NCBI GenBank assembly: GCA_951406725.2
Contig: OX597842.1
Coordinates: forward strand, 4,092,001 to 4,156,000
Direction of reading: 5' to 3'
DNA from: Octopus vulgaris
Lineage: Eukaryota
DNA length: 64,000 nt
Shown: positions 1-11,700 of the stretch, piece after piece
How the letters are laid out: each line of letters starts with the position of its first letter
Numbering within the stretch: position 1 is the stretch's first letter
Position numbers and translations under genes: made by a program
Notes under the pieces: model-generated
What the model saw: the letters and a program-made list of their open reading frames with translations, nothing else
Databases searched by the model: none
Told to the model about the DNA's origin: nothing

Positions 1-363
1 GGGCCCCTACCCCAACGAGAGCAAGCGTTGCAAGCTGAACATAGTTGAAAACTCCCTTGACCCGTGAAACATCTTCAATTCAGGACGGAAGTTTTCACAC
101 CCTTCAGGTGATTCCTACTGAAGTCCTGGAACACACAAGCCGCCTTCGGATTGCGAGCTAAGGGAGACATTCTCTTGCGCTTATCCCTTCTCCTTTGTCT
201 GTGTGTTCAACAAATAGCTACGAAGTTATTTATTCCCCCACTTCGAAGACAGGCCATAGGCCACCGGCCATTAGGGTCTGAAGAAACGCCGTAAAGCTAT
301 GCGCTTTATGGACGTGAAACCCAGGGTAACTCCATAGACTGGCCATAGCTATCTTTATCTAAT

Positions 364-367
<4 letters not shown>
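1..367 (+). mobile_element. Probable 3' terminal repeat of a Penelope-like element or non-autonomous derivative, cut off by the window edge
   Basis: Non-simple sequence carrying the HHR at 274-332 and ending directly in a (TA)n tract. Confidence 0.45.
274..332 (+). ncRNA. Type I hammerhead ribozyme motif, Penelope-like, apparently complete core
   Basis: Stem I GGGU(274-277)/ACUC(329-332); CUGAAGA(278-284) plus one extra A; stem II ACG-CCGUAAAGC[UAUGC]GCUUUAUGG-A-CGU; GAA; stem III ACC[CAG]GGU; cleavage triplet GUA (326-328). GGCCA(266-270)/UGGCC(340-344) can extend stem I. Confidence 0.75.
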
Positions 368-408
<41 letters not shown>

Positions 409-613
409 CAATTGAGGATAAAATCTTTAAAAGAAATTATCAGTAGTCAGCGTGAAAAACCTCGTAAGAGAAAAAATCCGTAAATTCTTCCCCTTTGAAT
501 GTATATATATATATATATATACATACATACATACATACATACATGCATACATACATACATACATACATACATACACACATACATATCAAAAGATGATTCT
601 TAAAAATGGAGCA

Positions 614-696
<83 letters not shown>

Positions 697-725
697 TATA
701 TATATATTACATATATACATATATA

Positions 726-1102
726 GACGCAGGCGTGGCTGTGTAGTCAGAAGCTTGCTTCCCAACCACATGGCTCCGGGTTCAGTCCCATTGCGTGGCA
801 CCTTGGACAAATGTCTTCTTTAACCTCAGGCAGACCAAAGCCTTGCGAGTGGATTTGGTAGACGGAAACTGAAAGAAGCCTGTTGTAGACATATGTATGT
901 ATGTATTTATTAATGTGGTTGTGTCTGTGTTCTCCTCCACCATCGCTTGGTAACCGATATTCGTGTGTTTGTGTCCCTAACTTAACGGTTCGGCATAACA
1001 GACCGATAATAAGTTCTGGGGTTGATTTCTTCGAGTAAAAACCCTTTAAGGTGGTGCTTCAACATGGCCGCAGTCAAATGACTGAAACAAGTAAAAGAAT
1101 AA
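726..1102 (+). mobile_element. SINE family A (tRNA-derived head, CORE-like segment, internal TA/TG microsatellite)
   Basis: A-box-like TGGCTGTGTAG, B-box GGTTCAGTCCC, CORE-like GGCACCTTGGRCAA, and 3' hairpin CAGTCAAATGACTG followed by AAACAAGTAAAAGA. Confidence 0.9.
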
Positions 1103-1379
1103 AAAATCCATACATACAAGTTCAGATTTAAACCTGTAATTATTGAGGCCCTGGGATATGTAACACACTGCCTAAATACCAATGTTGAGAAATTAGTCTA
1201 CTCAAAACCAGAAATGAGAAATCTAATTCGAAGACCACGGGTCCAATCCATCAGTGGGGCTGTAAAAATTTGTAACTGGAACTGTAAAAATCTGTGAAAC
1301 TTTCCAGATGTTTATCATTTAAGTATATATGAATAAGAATACATACACACAAAACAAAACATACAAATCTACGCATATG

Positions 1380-1769
1380 CATGCATACATACAAACATAC
1401 ATACATACATACATACATACATACATACATACATACATACATACATACATACATACATACATACATACATACATACATACATACATACATACATACATAC
1501 ATACATACATACACACATACATACATACATACATACATACATACATACATTCATACATACATACATACATACATACATACATACATACATACATAAATAC
1601 ATACATACATACATACATACATACATACATACATACTTACATACATACATACATACATAAATACATACATGCAAACATACATACATACATACATACATAC
1701 ATACATACATACATACATACATACATGCAAACATACATACATACATACATACAAACATACATATATACA

Positions 1770-1803
<34 letters not shown>

Positions 1804-1842
1804 CATACATACATACATACATACATACATACATACATACAT
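1380..1842. repeat. (TACA)n microsatellite
   Basis: About 460 bp of near-perfect TACA units. Confidence 0.97.
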
Positions 1843-2003
1843 GCGAAGTCGAAAGTTTTTACACACGTGATTTAAACAACTGTCGTTTCCTATTTCTTCC
1901 TTTCTCAAGATTGGTATTTAGGCAGTGCCTTACATATCCCAAGGACCCCGATAATTACAGGTATAAACCTGAACTTGTATGTATGGATTTTTTCGGGTGA
2001 ATC

Positions 2004-2036
2004 CTTTGATGATAGACGATTCATCCGAAACGTCAG
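2004..2036 (+). ncRNA. Decayed minimal hammerhead motif
   Basis: CU-UUGAUGA-UAGACGAUUCAUCC-GAAAC-GUC-AG. C3 is mutated and stem II is eroded; GAAACGUC is the minimal (dimeric) stem III form. Confidence 0.45.
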
Positions 2037-2146
2037 CCTGACTCTTTTCCCTTTTTTATTTTTCCATCCCACAATTCCCTCTGCACATCTTTGTTTACTC
2101 TCTGTGTGTGTGTCTGTGTGTCTGTGTGCGTGCGCGCTCTTTATAT

Positions 2147-2330
2147 TTTTACTTGTTTCAGTCATAGGATTGCGACCATGCTGGAGCATTTCCTTGTAAG
2201 ATTTAGGTTAATGGTATCGAACTCAATCTATGTGTTGTGTCTGATACTTATTGTATCGTTTTCTTTTGCCGAACTGCTAAGTTACGGAGGCGGAAACAAA
2301 ACCAATATCAGTTGTCAAGCGTTGAGGTCA

Positions 2331-2374
<44 letters not shown>

Positions 2375-2560
2375 TACGCACGCACACACACACAGATATG
2401 CAGAAATATATACTATAGGCTTCCACGCAGTTTCCATCTACCAAAGTCACTCACAGAGCATTGGTTGGCCCTGGAGCGTTGAAGACATTTTCTCATGATG
2501 CTACTCAAAGGGGCAATGCCTGAAACCCCGTGGTTGTTAAGCAAGTTTCTTAACCCTATT
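2147..2560 (-). mobile_element. SINE family A, old diverged copy
   Basis: Reverse-complement tail TTTTACTTGTTTCAGTCAT, internal (CA)n, and a degraded head near 2500-2560. Confidence 0.8.
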
Positions 2561-2749
2561 GGCCCCATCTGCGCTTATGCCGGTACTTCGATATGATAAG
2601 GTTACACACATACATATTCCGTCAAGCAAAATCGTTCATCGGTCGGTTGTGGCCTGTGAAATAAGACACGTTGTACTGAGAAGGTGTCTTGCAGTAGGAT
2701 TGAAATCGAAGCCACGGGGTTGCGATGAGAGCGCATTCTTTTCTGTCTC

Positions 2750-2774
2750 CCTTACACACACACACGCTGTCTCA

Positions 2775-2813
<39 letters not shown>

Positions 2814-3300
2814 CCTCTCTCTCACTTCCTCTCCCTGTTTCTTTCTCTCACACTCAGAAGCAGGCAGACACACATACACACATTCACTTTCACATACACA
2901 CACTCTGTCTCGATCGCGCACACACTCATACACACCCTTTTTCTCTCTCTCTCTCTCTCTCGCACACACACACTCACACTTTCTCTCTCTCTCACACACA
3001 TACACATACTCTCTCACACACACTCTCTCTCTCTCACGCACACTTTCTCACACTCACACGTACTCTCTCTCTCACACACACACACACACGTACTCTCTCT
3101 CTCACACACACACACTCACGCACACACTCTCTTTCTCTCAAAAAACACATACACACACACACACACTCTCACAAACAAATGCACATATACTCTCTCACAT
3201 ATACACACACACGCACACACTCTGTCACACACACACATTCTCTCTTTCTCTCCCAAACGCATACACACACACACGCACACACACACAGCCTGCCTCTCCT
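2750..3300. repeat. Mixed (CT)n/(CA)n low-complexity tract
   Basis: Alternating CT and CA dinucleotide runs. Confidence 0.9.
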
Positions 3301-3756
3301 ACACAGAGGCAAGAGACCCACACTCGGTGATATAATCAATCTATCTTCTTACACACCCACCAACCCACCTATATATAACGTAATATCTTCTCGAGACAAT
3401 GAATACAACAGGGAGGAAATGACACAGCAAGGAAATAAGCGCGCTAAAACGGACACACAGACACAGAGAGACACGACAAGGAGAGAAAGAGAGAGAGAGG
3501 GAGAGTCGGAGAAAGAATGATTTAGAATGGTAAGAGATACACAGTGAGAGTGAAGAGAGAAAGCTATAAAGAGAGAGAGGGGGCAGTGAGAGCAGGTAAT
3601 TTCTCTCCTTCTCTTCCTTTTCGGAGGAAAAAAAAAGGCTTTAATTTTTAGTTTGTGTGTAGTGAAATTACGGGTAGATAGTTGTTATACATATGTACGT
3701 ACCTTCGACGTATGCATGTATGTATGTATGTATTTTGCTGGGTATCTATCTACATA

Positions 3757-4180
3757 GGCGCAGGAGTGGCTGTGTGGTAAGTAGCTTGCATACCAACCAC
3801 ATGGTTCCGGGTTCAGTCCCACTGCGTGGCACCTTGGGCAGGTGTCTTCTACTATAGCCTCGGGCCGACCAAAGCCTTGTGAGTGGATTTGGTAGACGGA
3901 AACTGAAAGAAGCCCGTCGTATATATGTATATATATATATATATACATGTGTGTGCGTGTGCGTGTGTGTTTCTGTGTCTGTGTTTGAACCCCTAGCATT
4001 GCTTGACAACCGATGCTGGTGTGTTTATGTCTCCGTCACTTAGCGGTTCAGCAAAAGAGACTGATAAAATAAGTACTGGGCTTACAAGGAATAAGTCCCG
4101 GGGTCGAGTTGCTCGACTAAAAGCGGTACTCCAGCATGGCCGCAGTCAAATGACTGAAACAAGTAAAAGAGAGTAAAGAG
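3757..4180 (+). mobile_element. SINE family A, full-length young copy
   Basis: Starts GGCGCAGGAGTGGCTGTGTGGTAAG, has B-box GGTTCAGTCCC and internal (TA)n(TG)n, and ends GACTGAAACAAGTAAAAGAGAGTAAAGAG. Confidence 0.93.
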
Positions 4181-4270
4181 TATACATTTCAAGGCGGTGC
4201 CCCAGCTTGGCCGCAATCCAATGACTCAATACATACAAACTTACCTTCAGAATATATTTGAGACCAGAAA

Positions 4271-4349
4271 GTTGACAGTAACCTCGAGTTTGTCTTCGTC
4301 AGCGCTCTGACGAAGCCAACTGCGTCGAACCTTCGAAGTCACTATCAAC
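4271..4349 (+). ncRNA. Decayed hammerhead motif within an imperfect palindrome
   Basis: CUGACGA (4307-4313) ... GAAC-CUUCGAAG-UC with a palindromic stem III. The left arm 4271-4302 is an inverted copy (CTTCGTCAG/CTGACGAAG). Confidence 0.5.
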
Positions 4350-4414
4350 GCACACATATACGCGCATACTCAAACACACACACATATACTTTTGTTCTTT
4401 TATTATTTTATTCT

Positions 4415-4799
4415 TTTACTTCTTTCAGTCATTTGATTGCGGCCATGCTGGAGCACCACCTTTTTGTCGAACAGATCGACCTCAGGACTTATTCTTTGTA
4501 AGCCTAGTACTTATTCTAGCGGGGTTTTTTGCCGAACCGCTAAGTTACGTAGATGTAAACCCACCAACATCGGTTGCCAAGCGATGGTGGGGGAATTAAC
4601 ACAAACACACAAATACATAAATATATATATATATATACGACAGGCTTCTTTCAGTTTCCGTCTACCAAACCCATTCACAAGGCTTTGGTCAGCCCGAGAC
4701 TATAGTAGATGACACTTGCCCAAGGTGCCACGCAATGAGACTGAACCCGGAATCATGTGGTTGGTAAGCAAGCTACTTACCAGACAGCCACTCCTGCGC
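4415..4799 (-). mobile_element. SINE family A, full-length
   Basis: Reverse complement of the 3757-4180 copy along its length. Confidence 0.9.
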
Positions 4800-4845
<46 letters not shown>

Positions 4846-4849
<4 letters not shown>

Positions 4850-5272
4850 CAGTCCCACTGCATGGCACCTTGGGCAAGTGTCTTCTACTATAGCCTCGGC
4901 CCGACCAAAGCCTTGTGAGTGGATTTGGTAGATGGAAGCAGAAAGAAGCCCGTTGTATATATGTATGTGTATGTGTGTGTATGTGTCTGTGTGTCTGTGT
5001 GTCTGTGTGGCCAGTGTGTGTGCGTGTGTGTGTGTGTGTGTGTGCATGTGAGTATGTGTATGTTTGTGTGTCTGTGTTCGTCCCACCACCACCACATCGC
5101 TTGACAACGGATGGCGATGTGTCAACGTCCCCCGTAACTTAGCTGTTCGGCAAAAAGGAAACCGATGGAATAGGCACTAGGCTTACAAAGAGTAAGTCCT
5201 GTGGTCGATTTGTTCGACTAAAGGCGGTGCTCCAGCATGGCCGCAGTCAAATGACTGAAACAGATAAAAGAA
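4846..5272 (+). mobile_element. SINE family A, 5'-truncated
   Basis: Begins at GTTCAGTCCCACTG right after (TA)n and ends GACTGAAACAGATAAAAGA. Confidence 0.9.
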
Positions 5273-5349
5273 TATATTTAACAAGCGTGCACAGTAAAGC
5301 GAAAGACAAACGAAATTTTGAATGAACGAGACAGAATGTCATAACTGGG

Positions 5350-5353
5350 TATA

Positions 5354-5389
<36 letters not shown>

Positions 5390-5872
5390 TGTATGTATGT
5401 ATGTATGTATGTATGTGTGTTTGTATGTATGTATGTATGTATGTATGTATGTGTGTATGTGTGTATGTATGTATGTGTGTATGTGTGTGTATGTATGTGT
5501 GTGTATGTATGTGTGCATGTATGTGTGTATGTATGTATGTATGTGTGTGTATGTGTGTGTGTATGTATGTATGTATGTATATATGTATGTATGTATGTAT
5601 ATATGTATGTATGTATGTGTATGTATGTATGTATGTATGTATGTATGTGTGTGTGTATGTATGTATGTATGTATGTATGTATGTATGTATGTATGTATGT
5701 GTGTATGTGTGTATGTATGTATGTGTGTATGTGTGTGTATGTATGTGTGTGTATGTATGTGTGCATGTATGTGTGTATGTATGTATGTATGTGTGTGTAT
5801 GTGTGTGTGTATGTATGTATGTATGTATATATGTATGTATGTATGTATATATGTATGTATGTATGTATATGC
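5350..5872. repeat. (TATG)n/(TG)n compound microsatellite
   Basis: Directly visible tandem units. Confidence 0.95.
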
Positions 5873-6293
5873 ATGTTAGCGAGAGAGAGAGAGAGAGAGA
5901 GGGAGGAAAGAAGAGAAGATGGACGACAAAGATTAGGAATGAACGAAGAATGAGCGAGAGAGAGAGAGAAGGAAAAAGCGATTCTAAGAGAAAATTGTCG
6001 ACGGCGACGATGTTTAAGAATGGATGACTTTAAAGAATTAGAACTGTTGAGGTTATTTAAATATTGACTATGGGGTGGCGGAGGGGGTTAGATATGGGCG
6101 TGTGGGACTCCGTGTATAGGTGTGTTTGTGTGTGTGTGTGCGTTTGTGTGACTGTGTGTGTGTGTATCTAGGTGTGTAGTAGTGTGTGAGAGGTGTATAT
6201 TTCTGTGTGTAGGTGTTCGTGAGACTGGAAGTATGGGAAGGGTGGGCTTTTTTGGCGGGTGAGGTTAATTGTGACGAGTGGTTGTAGTGTGTC

Positions 6294-6333
<40 letters not shown>

Positions 6334-6494
6334 TTTATAAGTCGGTGTGTGTGTTTGCGTTTGTCACTGTCTGCATGTATGGTTGTGTCAATGTGTGTGT
6401 ATGTATTTGTGTGTATGTATATGGGTGTGTGCTATGTGCGTGCGTGTGTGTGGCTGTGTGTATATATGTATATGTCTAGGTGTGTGTGTGTGTG

Positions 6495-6556
<62 letters not shown>

Positions 6557-6679
6557 TGTGTGTGTGTTTTGTTGATAGTTTGGAACTCACTGATGAATTT
6601 CTTTGCTGCCACACATTTTAAGTGTGTCTATATTATTGACCCCCGTCATTGCGCCTCCTATCCCTCTGTAGCAAACCAG

Positions 6680-7340
6680 CCGGCAGAATCGCGAGACCGT
6701 CGGAAAAAAAAAGCCTGCGTTGTTTCGGTTCTTTTACGTTCCGCGTTCAAACCTCGCCAGTCACCATTGCCTTTTGCCCTTCCAGGGTCGATAAAATAAA
6801 CAAACACACCTTTTATCTTTTCGGGGTCGATGAAATAAGTACCAGTCAAGTATTGGGAGTTGTGTAATTGACTAACCCTCTCCCCTCAAAAACTGCTGGT
6901 CCCTACAAAAATTTGAAACCTTTAAAAGCAATGAGCTGGCAGCATGGTTAGCATACCAGACAAAATGTTTAGCGGCATTTTGGTCATCTCTATGTTCTGA
7001 GTTCAAATTCCGCCGAGTTCGACTTTGCCTTTCATCCTTCTACATTGATAAAATGAGTACCAGTCGATCACTGAGATCGATGTAATCGATAAACTCTTCC
7101 CCCAAATTTCAAACTTTGTGCCTAGATCAGAAAGAAGAATTGTTGTTATTAAATCGGTGAGTTGGCAGAATCGTTAGCACGCCGAGTAAAATACTTTGTA
7201 GTATTTCGTCCGTCTGCAGACTGAGTTCAAATTTCGGCTTTGCTTTTTCGAATTGATAAAATAAGTACCACATTGGATTCAATATAATCGACTTACCCAC
7301 TTCCCCGAAATTGCTGGCATGTACCAAAATTTTAAACTAT
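6680..7340 (+). mobile_element. Cluster of about 3 head-to-tail old SINE family B copies (Nin-domain-like)
   Basis: Repeated GAGCTGGCAGAATCGTTAGC head, GAGTTCAAATTCCGCCGAG B-box region and GCCTTTCATCC...GATAAAATAAGTACCAG segment resembling the Nin domain. Confidence 0.8.
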
Positions 7341-7399
7341 TATTATTACTATTATTGTTATTATCATCATCATCATGTTGTTGCTGATGATGATGTTAT

Positions 7400-7822
7400 A
7401 GTTGTTTTAACACAGCGACTTCCTTGGGGAATGTAGCAAAGTGTCAGTTGTCCACAACCATTGGACTAAGGTAGCCTTTTCATTCAGATTTCAAGAACTC
7501 AGCGGAGAATTCGTGCAGTTTCAAGCAACATCATTTTCTGTAGATGCTCTGTCTTTCACATTTACACCTGTCTTTTCAATCTAGTTTGTAAGCTTGATAC
7601 ATAGATACCCAAGTCTCCAACAACAACAACACGTATAGCACTCATCTTCATCAATGACCACAGATTTTTTCCCTCCGAGTTCAAATTATATCTGACTTTC
7701 CGATATTTATATCTTCACTTTTCGATACTTTGTCATCATCAGGGCATAAACATCTATGATTAAAAGGCTTTTGGTTTAGTTTCTTTAGAGTAATCCAGGA
7801 GTACAGGAGTATGCCAGATCGT
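7400..7822 (-). pseudogene. Decayed C-terminal restriction-like endonuclease region and 3' end of an R4/Dong-like non-LTR retrotransposon
   Basis: Joined minus-strand frames give RSGILL..LLIIDV/CPDDDKVSKSEDINIGKSDII*/KNLWSLMKMSAIRVVVVGDLG/EHLQKMMLLETARILR*VLEI*. This fits the RPD..ID...K.KY..L...PVVVGALG...LQK..LLGTARILR pattern, with frameshifts and stops. Confidence 0.7.
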
Positions 7823-8189
7823 CCTCCGTTGTTGCTTCGTTTTTGCGGACCCTTTGTTGTTTTTGTGGTTATTGTTAAGGGCGTAGACACGGTCTTAATG
7901 CTTAAGACATTCACTTCGTAATCATGAGGGATAAGGTTCAATATCACTGATTGGGTGAAGCGTCTTTTTCAATAGCCACGGGTCTACAATCCATGTTATG
8001 TGGAAGCCCGTCGAATAGAATCTAGGTGTGATTCAAAAGCACAACTTTGGCGCTGAATCAGCATGATACACTCTGTATGCCACACAGATTCTGTCCGATT
8101 ACATATTAAATACTCAACCAGTTATACACTAATACCATGTGACCAGTGAAAATGTAACGTTTAGGCTCTTTACTCTGACTATACTGCAT

Positions 8190-9160
8190 GTGTAAGCACT
8201 GAGGTCGATGTAATCAACCTAACCCCTTCCCCGAAATTACTGGCCTTGTGCCAAAATTTGAAACCAATATAACAAATAAGAATATCTATTAAAACAGGTG
8301 CTTCCATGGGTCCCGCTAGTAATTATGGTGGATTTGGCAGAATCGTTAGGGCGTCGAACAAAATGTCCTGTGCTATTTATTGCCGTTTTTTTACATTGAG
8401 AGATTTTTTTTTTTTTTAATATTTCCGGGGTCAATAAAATAACGTACAAACCAAGAACTGGGGGAGATGTTTCGACTAACCCCCTCGCATTCCAGATTTC
8501 TGGTTCTGTGTCCTCAGTTGAAACAGCGAGGGAAGTGGATTAGCAAAATCGATAGAGCGCTATACAACATGCCTTGCGGTATTTCTTCCGATTCTTCACG
8601 TTCTGTGTTCAAATCCCGCTGAAGTCAGCTTCTCTTTTCATCCCTCCTGGGACAATAATATAAAGTACCCTTCAAGTATCGAGGTTGATGGTACTGACCA
8701 AGACCCCTCCCCTCAAAATTATTCACTCTGTTCCTAAACCAGAAATCATTATCGTTGTTAGTGTTGCTGTTGCTGTTTTAAAGGTTATCAAATGGTAGAG
8801 TGTCGGATAGACCGTCGGACAACCATGTTTTTATATTCCGAGTTCAAATCCCGCTGATGCCAATTTCACTTTATATTTTTCTCGGGTGGAGAAAGTACCA
8901 GTTACCTACTGGGGGATAGCCTAATTAATTATATCATCTTCCCAAAGTCTTTGACTTTGTCCCCAAATATAGTCATATCGATGCAATCTGGTTTTTGGTC
9001 TTCCGCGAGTTGGCGGAATCGTTAGAACATCAGACAAAACGCTTAGCAGTATTTCTTTCATTTTTTTATACCGAGTTCAAATACCGCGAAGTTGGACTTC
9101 ACTTTTCTACCCTCCAGGGACGATAAAATAAAGTGCTATTTAAGTACTAAGTTCGATATA
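8190..9160 (+). mobile_element. Tandem cluster of 4-5 old SINE family B copies
   Basis: Recurring GCAGAATCGTTAG, GTTCAAATCCCGC and ATAAAGTACC segments with short ATT-rich spacers. Confidence 0.75.
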
Positions 9161-9162
9161 AT

Positions 9163-9810
9163 CCAACAGTTCTCAACCGGAGTCCTTACGGCCCTTGAGG
9201 TTCCAGATAAGATTTTGTTGTTAAAATTTATCTACAATCTAAATCTAGATATACTTCTATAAGACAAAATGTTTCGACAATTTTTTAATACAATTCCAAA
9301 TAAAATCAAATTATAAGAATATTTCTTTTTTGAAATTTTTTTAGTTGTTTCTGTCATTACACTGCGGCCATGCTGGGGCACCGCCTTGAGGAATTTTTTT
9401 CAAACTAATCTACCTCAGGATTTATTCTCTGTAAGTACTTGTCTCTTTTGCTGAACTGCTAAGTTACGGGGACATAAACACACCAACATCGGTTGTCAAG
9501 CGATGGTGGTGAGAACACAGATACAAACACACAATATATACATATATGCATAAATACAACAGGCTTCTTTCAGTTTCCGTCTACCAAATCCACTTGAAAG
9601 GCTTTGGTTGGCCCGAGGCTGTAGTAGAAGACACTTACCCAAGGTGACACGTAGTGGGACTGAACCCGGAACCATGTAGTTGGGAAAGCAAGCATCTTAC
9701 CACACAACCACGCCTACGTCTAAAGGATTTTTTAAACATTGAATGTCTATGAGGATCCACCCGAGTAAAACAGGAACCAAAAGGATCCCTGGGGGAAAAG
9801 TGATCCCTGA
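9163..9810 (+). mobile_element. Possible hAT-type MITE remnant interrupted by a SINE
   Basis: Left end CAACAGTTCTCAACCGGAGTCC resembles the CAGTGGTTCTCAACC ends of hAT/Charlie MITEs. The AT-rich body resumes after the SINE with GGATCC motifs; the right TIR is not clearly visible. Confidence 0.35.
9343..9718 (-). mobile_element. SINE family A
   Basis: Full reverse-complement copy ending CACAACCACGCCTACG. Confidence 0.88.
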
Positions 9811-10069
9811 CCCAAAAATTGCTGGCCTTGTGCCAAAATTAGAAGAGAGCTAACAAATTTATCAAACATGCGTGTGTGTTTGTGGTGGGGGGGAACACCT
9901 GTTGCATCTACTACACCCCATCCCTTCCACCCCTAATAAAGACTAGGAGGGTGAGAAAGCGAAAGAGTAAAATCTTTGATCTTTTATCAGTCATTAGACT
10001 GCGGCCATACTGGGGCACCACATTGAAGAATTCTTAGTCGAAAGAATTGACTACCGCTACACAAACAAT

Positions 10070-10852
10070 GGTGAAATATGGCTTGCTGGAAAGAGCAGCC
10101 ATATTCTCGAAATTTGAATGATACCGATTTCTTTAAAAACTAGAAAAACACTTTCGACAATGTAGTCCTAGATACACTATGCCTGAATAAATGATGGAAT
10201 AGTCGCAGCTGGAACATCTTTGAACAAAGGTCTACTGGATCAGAACTGACCTGGGGCTAAACAACAGCAACCAACTATAACTACTAATCCGAACTACAAT
10301 ACTATTCAATAAGATGGGATGGTCACAGGTGGAACATCTCTGATCATAGGCCTGCTAGATCAGGACCGACTTGGGGTTAAACAATAACATCAACAACTGT
10401 AGCCACTAATACTAACTACTATTACATTAGATAATATAGTCCTAGATACACTATGCTTCAATAAAAGACGGGATGGTCATAGCTGGAGCATCTTTGATCA
10501 TAAATCTTCTGGATTGACCTGAGGTTAAATAACAATTATAACCACTAATACTGTTATACTGTACACTAGATAATGTAGTCCTAGATACACTACGCCTGAA
10601 TAAAAGTTGGGATGGTCACATCTGGAACATCTTTGATCATAGGTCGACTGCATTAAGACTGACCTGGGGCTAAGCAACAACAACAACAACAACCATAACC
10701 ACTAAAACAGACTACAATACATTAGATAATGTAGTCCTTGATACACTATGCCTGAATAAAAGATGGGATGGTCACAGCTGGAACATCTTTGATCAGAGGT
10801 CTGTCTGGATCAGGACTGACCTGTGGTTAAACAACAACAGCAACAACAACCA
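10070..10852 (+). repeat. Tandem array of 5 units (about 140-155 bp) of repeat family D
   Basis: Unit: ATAATGTAGTCCTAGATACACTATGCCTGAATAAAAGATGGGATGGTCACAGCTGGAACATCTTTGATCATAGGTC..GACTGACCTGGGGCTAAACAACAAC. Units start near 10157, 10300, 10430, 10570 and 10727. Confidence 0.85.
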
Positions 10853-11081
10853 GCTGTCCCCATCACAAGAGCAAAGCTGAACGTGTTTCCATTTCACAGA
10901 CAGTTTCAGGTATGGCTGTGGTCTTAAAGACGTTTGCAGCAGTACAACAGATTCCCAGTTCGATCTCGCTATACAGAGAGGGGCTTTTCTTTTTATCACT
11001 CATTAGGGTTGATTAAAGCTTGGCAAATGATACTTGACAAATGAAAACTGTCCACCTGTCTGTCGCTCTGTTCATCTGTCG

Positions 11082-11700
<619 letters not shown>

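Noticed and set aside
3746-4009. Recurrent peptide 'RRHLPKVPRSGTEPGTMWLV' in many ORFs
   Set aside because: It is the antisense translation of the SINE family A head, not a gene family.
452-6621. Long ORFs of YIHT/MYVC/HT/SL repeats, here and throughout the window
   Set aside because: They are translations of TACA, TA, CA, CT and TCTA microsatellites that lack stop codons in some frames; no domain content.
10070-10852. Regularly spaced repeats resembling a CRISPR array
   Set aside because: Units are homologous along their whole length with no unique spacers, there are no cas genes, and the context is eukaryotic.
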